Origin: Novosphingobium sp. BL-A-41-H4
Lineage (GTDB): Bacteria > Pseudomonadota > Alphaproteobacteria > Sphingomonadales > Sphingomonadaceae
Assembly: GCA_051942645.1 (NCBI GenBank)
Contig: JBPVJP010000001.1
Span: 1,054,812 to 1,118,811 of the forward strand
DNA: 64,000 nucleotides
Reading direction: 5' to 3'
Shown: piece by piece, positions 50,095 through 56,877 of the stretch
How positions within the stretch are numbered: the first letter of the stretch is position 1
How the letters are laid out: every line of letters starts with the position of its first letter
The notes under the pieces: model-generated
Databases searched by the model: none
What the model saw: only the letters and a program-made list of their open reading frames with translations
Told to the model about the DNA's origin: nothing
Made by a program: the position numbers and the translations under genes

Positions 50095-51498
50095 ATGTAT
50101 CTAGAGAAGATTCCCGCCGGAGTGCCGCTGCTCGACCAGTCGGCCGCAACGCACTGCGGCGACCTGGCGGTGGGCTGCACCGAGGCGGCCGGCCAGATCG
50201 AACGCGCGACCGAGGCGATGCAGCGCCAGATCGGTGACCTGGCCGAACTGGACGAGATCGCCGGCGCGCTCGAACTGGACCAGCGCCAGATCGCCGAATC
50301 CGCCGACGAGGCCCGGCTGCTCTCCGCCCAGGCCTATGACCGGCTCGACAAGGGGACCGAGCGGGTCCACGACGCGGTGGTCGAATTCCGCGCGATTATC
50401 GGCCTGATTTCGCGCCTTGGCCTGCACGTGACCAATTTCGCCACGGTGATGGAACAGGTCCAGCAGGTGTCCAAGGGGATCGAACAGATCGCCCGCACCA
50501 CCAACATGCTGGCGCTCAATGCCACGATCGAGGCCGCCCGCGCGGGCGAGGCCGGCAAGACCTTTGCCGTGGTTGCCTCGGAAGTGAAGAAACTGGCCCA
50601 GAATTCCAGCGCCGCGGCCGAGGAAATCCGCCAGGCGGTGGGCAAGCTGGCCGGAGAGGCGGCCGGCCTCGTGACCGAGATCCAGTCCGGCGTGGAACAG
50701 TCGAGCCAGGCCGAAGAGCGGCTGGAAACCGTTACCGACGTGCTGGCGGAAACCACGCGGCTGGTCTCGCAGCTCGATGAAACCGGGGCCAAGGTGGCCC
50801 AGGCCAGCGCCGAGGTCCACGCCAAGGGCCTGGCCGTGCGCGGCGCGCTCGATACCGTGATCGGCTCGGTGCGGCAGAACGCCGTGCTGCTCGATGCCAC
50901 GCGCGGCAACGTGCTCGACATGGAATCGACCTCGAACAAGCTGTTCAACGCCGTGATCAGCGCCGGGGTATCCCCGCGCGATACCGAGATCGTCGAGCTG
51001 GCCGCCCAGGCCCGCAACGAACTCGTCACGCTGGTCGAGGACGCGGTCGAACGCGGCGAGCTGCGGCTCGACCAGATGTTCGACACCAATTACCGACTGG
51101 TTCCCGGCACCAACCCGGAGCTCTACCGCACCCAGTTCAGCGACTGGGCCGATGCCAACTGGCGGCCGCTGTTCGATCGCCTGCGCACCAGCCATCCCAA
51201 CGTGATCATGTGCAGCGCGGCCGACATGAACGGCTTCCTGCCCACCCACGTGACGGAGCATTCGCGCAAGCCGATTGGCGACCTGGCCCACGACACGAAG
51301 TACTGCCGCAACGGCCGGATCATGCTGGGGGGAGCCGACCACCTGGCCAAGGCCAGCGATGCACCGTTCTTCATGTCGGTCTATCGCCAGGAAGGTGACG
51401 GCACCAATTACCTTGTGGTCCGCAACGTCTATACCCCGGTGATCGTCCAGGGTCGGCGTTGGGGCGACTTCGAAGTGGCTTACCAGATCCGGGGCTAA
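50095..51498 (+). CDS. soluble MCP-like protein: N-terminal MA signalling domain, C-terminal ~180-aa sensor-like domain
   Basis: No TM segment. [37 protein letters not shown] at residues ~130-170. The C-terminal region ([28 protein letters not shown]...[11 protein letters not shown]) could not be assigned to a family by eye. Confidence 0.85.
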   Translation: MYLEKIPAGVPLLDQSAATHCGDLAVGCTEAAGQIERATEAMQRQIGDLAELDEIAGALELDQRQIAESADEARLLSAQAYDRLDKGTERVHDAVVEFRAIIGLISRLGLHVTNFATVMEQVQQVSKGIEQIARTTNMLALNATIEAARAGEAGKTFAVVASEVKKLAQNSSAAAEEIRQAVGKLAGEAAGLVTEIQSGVEQSSQAEERLETVTDVLAETTRLVSQLDETGAKVAQASAEVHAKGLAVRGALDTVIGSVRQNAVLLDATRGNVLDMESTSNKLFNAVISAGVSPRDTEIVELAAQARNELVTLVEDAVERGELRLDQMFDTNYRLVPGTNPELYRTQFSDWADANWRPLFDRLRTSHPNVIMCSAADMNGFLPTHVTEHSRKPIGDLAHDTKYCRNGRIMLGGADHLAKASDAPFFMSVYRQEGDGTNYLVVRNVYTPVIVQGRRWGDFEVAYQIRG

Positions 51499-51508
51499 AG
51501 GCCCCGGA
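51488..51508. other. 8-bp hairpin between convergent genes, with the MCP stop codon in its loop
   Basis: TCCGGGGC-TAAAG-GCCCCGGA. No clear U-tract on either strand. Confidence 0.35.
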
Positions 51509-51518
51509 TCCCCCTGCC

Positions 51519-52625
51519 CTAGCCCGCGATCGGGCCGTGCTTGATCTGCGGCAGCACGTAACGCGCGAACATGTCGCATTCGTTGACGTGCGGGTAGCCG
51601 GACAGGATGAAGGCTTCCATGCCCGCTTCCTGATAGGCGCGCAGCTTGGCGATCACCTGGTCGGGCGTGCCGACGATAGCCGCGCCGCAGCCTGAGCGGG
51701 CGCGGCCGATGCCGGTCCACAGGTTCTCTTCCACGAAGCCGTCGCCATCGGCGGCGCTGCGCAGTTCCTGCTGGCGCTGGACGCCATAGTTCTGCGCGTC
51801 GAGGCTCTTTTCTCGGATCGCGCGGCCCATTTCGTCATCCAGCTTGGACAGCAGCCGGTCGGCATAGAGCCGGGCTTCGTCCTCGGTCTCGCGCACGATC
51901 ACGTGGGCGCGGTAGCCGAACTTGAGCGTGCGGCCCTTGGCGGCGGCGCGGGCCTTCATGTCGGCCACGACTTCGCGCACGTTCTCCATCTTGTCCGGCC
52001 ACATCAGGTAGACGTCAGCCGCTTCGGCGGCGCATTCGCGCGCTTCGTGGCTGAGGCCGCCGAAGTAGAGGTTCGGGCACTTGCCCGACAGGGTGGTGAT
52101 CCGCGCCGGATCGAGCTTGAGGTTATAGAACTCACCCTGGAAATCGAGATGCTCGCCATTGAGCAGCGTGCGGATGATCTTCATCACTTCGGTGCCCCGG
52201 CGGTAACGCGGGCCGCTTTCCAGCGTCTCGCCCGGCATGGGTGAGGAGATGATGTTGACGTTGAGGCGGCCACCCGTCCCGGCGGCATTGGGGCCCAGGA
52301 TCCGGTCCAGCGTGGCGATGCGGCGGGCCAGCTGCGGCGGCCAGTCCTCGCCCATGCGGGTGGCCCAGAGCAGCTTGATCCGCCGGACCTGGGTGGCCAC
52401 GGCCGCGGCGAAGGCGGTGGTATCGAGGCCCAGCTCATAGCCCGAAGGCAGCAGGATATTGTCAAACCCGCCCTCTTCGGCGCGCAGCACGATATTGCGG
52501 CAATGCTCCCAGCTGGACTTCAGGTAGGGATCGGGAACGCCCAGGAACTCGTAATCGTCATCGCACAGGGCGGAAAACCAGGCGATCTCGCAGTCCATGC
52601 CGGGCTTCAGTTCTTGGGCGGTCAT
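51519..52625 (-). CDS. LLM-class flavin-dependent monooxygenase, SsuD (alkanesulfonate monooxygenase) family; candidate sulfoquinovose monooxygenase
   Basis: SsuD-like throughout: IAWFSAL..DDYEFLG, NLYFGGLSHEA, DVYLMW, FGYRAHVIVRETEDEA, ENLWTGIGRARSG, IVGTPDQV, FILSGYPH. ATG 52625; the upstream part of the ORF is spurious. Confidence 0.8.
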   Translation of the reverse strand: MTAQELKPGMDCEIAWFSALCDDDYEFLGVPDPYLKSSWEHCRNIVLRAEEGGFDNILLPSGYELGLDTTAFAAAVATQVRRIKLLWATRMGEDWPPQLARRIATLDRILGPNAAGTGGRLNVNIISSPMPGETLESGPRYRRGTEVMKIIRTLLNGEHLDFQGEFYNLKLDPARITTLSGKCPNLYFGGLSHEARECAAEAADVYLMWPDKMENVREVVADMKARAAAKGRTLKFGYRAHVIVRETEDEARLYADRLLSKLDDEMGRAIREKSLDAQNYGVQRQQELRSAADGDGFVEENLWTGIGRARSGCGAAIVGTPDQVIAKLRAYQEAGMEAFILSGYPHVNECDMFARYVLPQIKHGPIAG

Positions 52626-52647
52626 TGCAGCATCCTCTGTCTTCGTC

Positions 52648-52764
52648 GTCCCGGACCTGATCCGGGACCGGTGGCCGGTTGTTCTGGCCATGCTTGTCCA
52701 GGCCAGCGATCCCGGCCTGCGCCGGGATGACGGGGGAGGCACTAGGCCGACAGCGCCCCTCCCG
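52648..52764 (-). repeat. Array of four GC-rich REP-like hairpins between the AKR and LLM genes
   Basis: GTCCCGGA-CCTGA-TCCGGGAC (52648-52668). CTGGCC...GGCCAG (52684-52706). ATCCCGGC-CTGC-GCCGGGAT (52709-52728). CGGGGGAGGC...GCCCCTCCCG (52731-52764; 1 mismatch, 1 GU). From memory, the GTCATCCCGGCGCAGGCCGGGAT type is a common dispersed proteobacterial palindrome. Confidence 0.55.
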
Positions 52765-52776
52765 CCTTGATTCAGA

Positions 52777-53691
52777 TCAGGGCAGCGGCACGCCCCGCGC
52801 CGCGACGAGCACAGCGTACCAGTCGGTCCGGGTCCAGCGGACCTGCAGCGCGGCCATGCCCTCGGCAATCCGCTCCGCCTGCTGCGAGCCGATGATCGGC
52901 ACGATCCCGGCCGGGTGGGCCATCAGCCACGAATAGGCCGCGACCGAGCGCGAGACGCCCTGCTCGCCCGCCACCTTGTCCAGCGCGGCGCAGATCGCGT
53001 GATCGCGCGCGCTTTCTGGCTTGGCGAGACGCCCGCCGCCCAGCGGCGACCAGGCCAGCGGGGTCAGTCCCAGCATCATCGCCTGGTCAAGCTCGCCGTT
53101 CTCGAAACAGTCGATCCGCAGCGGGCTGATCTCGGGCTGGGTGGAGACCAGCTTGTGGCCGAGGAACTGGTTGAGCGCGGCGGTCTGGTGGATTGTAAAG
53201 TTGGAGACGCCGAGCGTGCGGATCTTGCCTGCGGTCACGGCATCGTCGAGCACCCGGGCCACTTCCTGCGGGTGGGCCAGGATGTCCGGGCGGTGGACCT
53301 GCCACAGCTCCACCGTATCCGTCTTGAGCCGGGTCAGCGAGGCGTCGATCGCCTTGCGCAGATAGTCGGCGCTCTGGTCATAGGGCAGCGGCGGCATGAT
53401 CCCGCCCTTGGTGGCCAGCACCATCCGCCCGCGCAGGCCAGGCTCGGCGGCGAGCACTTCGCCCAGCAGCGCCTCGGCATCGCCGAAGCCGCCGGAACCG
53501 TTAAAGCCATAGATGTCCGCCGTGTCGAGGAAGTTGATCCCGGCATCGAGCGCGGCGTGGACCAGCCGCGCGGCATCGGCGGCAGTCCGGCCATTTTCGG
53601 CCAGGCGCCACATGCCCCAGGCGATCGGGGAGACCTGAATGCCGCTGGCGCCAAGCTGGCGAGTGGCAGGGGGAGAAGGCAGCTGGCTCAT
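52777..53691 (-). CDS. aldo/keto reductase; candidate 6-oxo-glucose reductase
   Basis: AKR pattern: GINFLDTADIYG, LATKGG, and a C-terminal IPIIGS (NADPH-binding region). ATG overlaps the LacI-gene stop (ATGA). Confidence 0.85.
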   Translation of the reverse strand: MSQLPSPPATRQLGASGIQVSPIAWGMWRLAENGRTAADAARLVHAALDAGINFLDTADIYGFNGSGGFGDAEALLGEVLAAEPGLRGRMVLATKGGIMPPLPYDQSADYLRKAIDASLTRLKTDTVELWQVHRPDILAHPQEVARVLDDAVTAGKIRTLGVSNFTIHQTAALNQFLGHKLVSTQPEISPLRIDCFENGELDQAMMLGLTPLAWSPLGGGRLAKPESARDHAICAALDKVAGEQGVSRSVAAYSWLMAHPAGIVPIIGSQQAERIAEGMAALQVRWTRTDWYAVLVAARGVPLP

Positions 53692-54701
53692 GATGGTTTC
53701 CTGTATGGCGGCGCGACCGAGGCGCGTTCGATGAGTTGGTGGGGCAATCGGCGGTGCGTGATGTCACCCCCGGCGATGAGGATTTCGGCAGCCGTACGGG
53801 CAAGCTCGGCCATCGGCTGGTGAATGGTGGTCAGCGGCGGCCAGACGGTGCGGGCCAGCGTGGTATCGTCGAACCCGGCAACCGAGAGCTGCGCCGGGAC
53901 CGGAATGCCGCGATCATGCGCCACAGCCAGCACCCCGGCGGCCATGTCGTCGTTCGAGGCAAAGATCGCGGTGGGCGGCTCGGGCAAGTCGAGCAGGCGG
54001 TCCGCACCGCGCACGCCGGAATCGAAATCGAACTCGCCCTCGCAGACCAGCACGGGTTCATAGGCAATCCCCACCCGGTCGAGCGCGCGGCGATAGCCGG
54101 CCAGCCGGTCTTCCGAGCCCTTGTGATTGGGATGCCCCTTGATGAAGCCGATCCGGCGGTGTCCGGCGTTGATCAGGTGCGTGGTCAGGTCATCCGCGGC
54201 CTGGGCATCGTCCATGAAGACCGAACTGGTCAGGGCATGGTTGGTGCCGGGCGAGATGCGGACGAAGGGGATGTCCATCGATTCGAGCGCGCGCAGCACC
54301 GGCTCGCAATCGGTCACCGGGCTCGACAGGATGATCCCGTCGACGTGGGTTTCGGTAACAAGGCCGCGGACCTGTTCGCCCACCATCGGATCGGCCACGT
54401 CGACCGGCTGGGCCAGCAGGCGGATGCCGTTTTCGCGGCAGAAATCCCAGCACCCGGTCTGAATCTGGAACATGTAGTAGGGGCTGTGATTGTCGTAGAT
54501 CAGGGCGACCTGGTTGCTCTTTGCGCCCGACAGAATGCGCGCGGCGACCGAGGGACGGAAGTCGAGCGCCTTCATCGCCTCTTCCACCCGTGCCTTGGTA
54601 TCGGCCGAGACATAAGGATGGCCGTTCAGCACGCGGCTGACGGTCTTCACCGCCACCCCGGCCCGTGCGGCCACATCCCGGATGTTCGACCGTTCACTCA
54701 C
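53688..54701 (-). CDS. LacI family transcriptional regulator
   Basis: N-terminal HTH: NIRDVAARAGVAVKTVSRVLNGHPYVSADTKARVEEAM. Periplasmic-binding-protein-like core. GTG start overlaps the GH31 stop (GTGA). Confidence 0.92.
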   Translation of the reverse strand: MSERSNIRDVAARAGVAVKTVSRVLNGHPYVSADTKARVEEAMKALDFRPSVAARILSGAKSNQVALIYDNHSPYYMFQIQTGCWDFCRENGIRLLAQPVDVADPMVGEQVRGLVTETHVDGIILSSPVTDCEPVLRALESMDIPFVRISPGTNHALTSSVFMDDAQAADDLTTHLINAGHRRIGFIKGHPNHKGSEDRLAGYRRALDRVGIAYEPVLVCEGEFDFDSGVRGADRLLDLPEPPTAIFASNDDMAAGVLAVAHDRGIPVPAQLSVAGFDDTTLARTVWPPLTTIHQPMAELARTAAEILIAGGDITHRRLPHQLIERASVAPPYRKPS

Positions 54702-56695
54702 AGCGACTTCAGCCCCGCGAACAGATCGGCAAAGGCGCTGTCCGGGCGGTAGAATACCGGCGGCGTACCGATTGGCGCTGCGACGGTATGAGTACCCGGA
54801 GCGGATGTCTCACCCGTGAAGGCATGGAGCCACTCGCCCTCGCCCGGCAGGATCACCTCGCGCGTCGTGGCCCCTTCCTCGATCACCGGGGCCACCAGCA
54901 GGTCCGCGCCATAGAGGTACTGGTCCTGCACCGCGAAAAGCGCGGAGTCGTCGGGATGGTGCAGGAACAGCGGGCGCTGCGCGGGCAGGCCGAATTCCAG
55001 CGCCTCGTCGCACAGGTGGCGGACATAGGGCGCCAGGTGCTTGTGCACCCGGCTCCACCGGGCGAAACAGGCCAGCAGTTCGGGCGTGCTGTCATACTGC
55101 AGGTTATCGTCCGGGCGATTGCCCTCGTGGCTGCGCATGACCGGCGCGAAGGCGGCCAGTTCGCACCAGCGCTCCATCAGCTCCACGGTGCGCACATTGC
55201 CGAGGATCGAGGTATAGCCGCCGCAATCGGCATGGCTGTAGGCATTGCCGACGAGGCCTGCCGAAAGCGCCGCGGTGATCACCGTGCCGATCCCGTCATG
55301 GCGGGTGAAATCGACCGACTGGTCCCCTGCCCACAGCAAGGGGCAATGGGCCTGCACGCCCGAGAACCCGGCGCGCATGAAGAACACGGCATCGCCGGTC
55401 TTGCCCCGGCTCTCGACCGCCTGGGCATTGACCTCGGCCCACAGCACCGGCCAGCGGTTGTGCGCTTCCATCGGGTCCGAGCCGTCGGCCAGCTGCACAT
55501 CGGTCGGCAGGTACTCACCGAAGTCGGCCATCCAGCCGGAAATGCCGATATCCAGCATCTCGCGCCCTAGCACCTTTTCGGCAAACCAGTCGCGCGTCTT
55601 GACCTGGGTGAAGTCCAGCACCCCGCAGTCGAACTCGCCGAAATCGACCAGGTAAACCTCGTCGCTGTCCTGCTTGCGGCAGAAGTGCCCGCTTTCCAGC
55701 GCTTCCTCGTAGAGGATACCGTCGTTGCAGAGATAGGGGTTGGCATAGGCCAGGAAGCGGATGCCGCGCGCCTCCAGCGCCGCGATCCGCTGTGGCAGGT
55801 CGGGAAAGCGCTGGTTGTCGCGCCGCCAGTCCCAGAACAGGCGGCGGCCGAAGCTGGTTTCGCGAATGCCCGCCCAGTCCTCGCACCAAAGGCCCGAGAT
55901 GGCGGCCCCGGCCTTGATGAAGTCGTCCAGCCGCTCAAAACTGCGCGCGCCGTCCTTCAGGCCGACGATTGCCCCGCCGATCGCCCAATCGGGCAGGGGC
56001 GGCTGGCGGCCGAAGCGGGTGGACAGCTGCCCGACCAGGTCCAGCGGACCATCGGCGGTGAACAGTTCGAACGCAGCCTCGCCCTTCCACACCTCGAAGG
56101 CATGGACCGAAGGGTAGCTGCAATCGATCACGCTGTAACAGGCCGCGTCGAGATGGATCGCCAGCCAGCGCGAAGTGATGAGTGTCGGTTGTGGGTAGTT
56201 GGTGTGATAGTAGTCACCCCCTGCCATGCCATCGCGGTCCATCGCTTGTGTCAGTGCAGTGGTCTTGTCGCGGCCTACGCCGGGCTCGCTGGTCCACATG
56301 GGGAAGCGGCGGCCATTGAGGGCCAGATAGCTCATCTGTTCGCCCCCGCCCCAGGCCGCTTCGCCCGGTTCGGCATGCCAGTGCAGGGTGATCCGGTCAT
56401 GGCCGGGGCGCAGCAGGACGACGGACAACCGATTGTCCTCCAGCGCGAGTCGCGCGACCGGCGCACCATCTGCGGAGAGCGTCGCGCAGTCGGCCGAAAC
56501 GGCGCATTCGAGCGGAACCAGCGCATTTTCAGGCGCGTCATCAATGTGGAAGTTGCCGCGGTACATCTTTACCGAAGCATTGCCCCGCGCGCTGGTCAGA
56601 ACCGGCGCGTCACTGCGATGGCGCAGCATCAGGCGCCCCGCGAAATGCAGGTCAAACCCACCATCTACCGCCGAAAATCCGGCCTCCACGCGCAT
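54698..56695 (-). CDS. GH31 glycoside hydrolase, YihQ-like; candidate sulfoquinovosidase
   Basis: SFGRRLFWDW (R-x-x-W), GWMADFGEYLPTD (nucleophile Asp), FFMRAG...LLWAGDQSVDF (acid/base region), HADCGGYTS, C-terminal APIGTPPVFYR. ATG 56695 has GGAAGG 8 nt upstream; the alternative is GTG 56758. Confidence 0.8.
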   Translation of the reverse strand: MRVEAGFSAVDGGFDLHFAGRLMLRHRSDAPVLTSARGNASVKMYRGNFHIDDAPENALVPLECAVSADCATLSADGAPVARLALEDNRLSVVLLRPGHDRITLHWHAEPGEAAWGGGEQMSYLALNGRRFPMWTSEPGVGRDKTTALTQAMDRDGMAGGDYYHTNYPQPTLITSRWLAIHLDAACYSVIDCSYPSVHAFEVWKGEAAFELFTADGPLDLVGQLSTRFGRQPPLPDWAIGGAIVGLKDGARSFERLDDFIKAGAAISGLWCEDWAGIRETSFGRRLFWDWRRDNQRFPDLPQRIAALEARGIRFLAYANPYLCNDGILYEEALESGHFCRKQDSDEVYLVDFGEFDCGVLDFTQVKTRDWFAEKVLGREMLDIGISGWMADFGEYLPTDVQLADGSDPMEAHNRWPVLWAEVNAQAVESRGKTGDAVFFMRAGFSGVQAHCPLLWAGDQSVDFTRHDGIGTVITAALSAGLVGNAYSHADCGGYTSILGNVRTVELMERWCELAAFAPVMRSHEGNRPDDNLQYDSTPELLACFARWSRVHKHLAPYVRHLCDEALEFGLPAQRPLFLHHPDDSALFAVQDQYLYGADLLVAPVIEEGATTREVILPGEGEWLHAFTGETSAPGTHTVAAPIGTPPVFYRPDSAFADLFAGLKSL

Positions 56696-56877
56696 TTCCC
56701 CAACCTTCCCGAGCGGCTGTTGCGCCAAAGCCACAAGCGCCGCAAACCCGTATGACACCGCTTGACATATCGAGCGCTTCCCCGCAATTCAAGCACCAAG
56801 CGGAAGGGTGCACCCCGTCCGCCAGAGGAGAATTCGCCGCGGGGCAGGAGGCCCCCGGTACAAGGGAGGACACATCC

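Noticed and set aside
50060-50097. A possible sigma-54 promoter (GG...TTGCA) in TCTGGGGCAATTGCATG upstream of the soluble MCP.
   Set aside because: The GG to GC spacing does not fit TGGCAC-N5-TTGC, and the TTGCA abuts the start codon.
54698-56695. Reading the GH31 gene as a generic alpha-glucosidase/alpha-xylosidase and the locus as a plain oligosaccharide utilisation cluster.
   Set aside because: The R-x-x-W and GGY sulfonate-pocket pattern, the adjacent SsuD-family monooxygenase and the PSE-type exporter fit sulfoquinovose better. This remains an inference until tested by phylogeny or enzymology.
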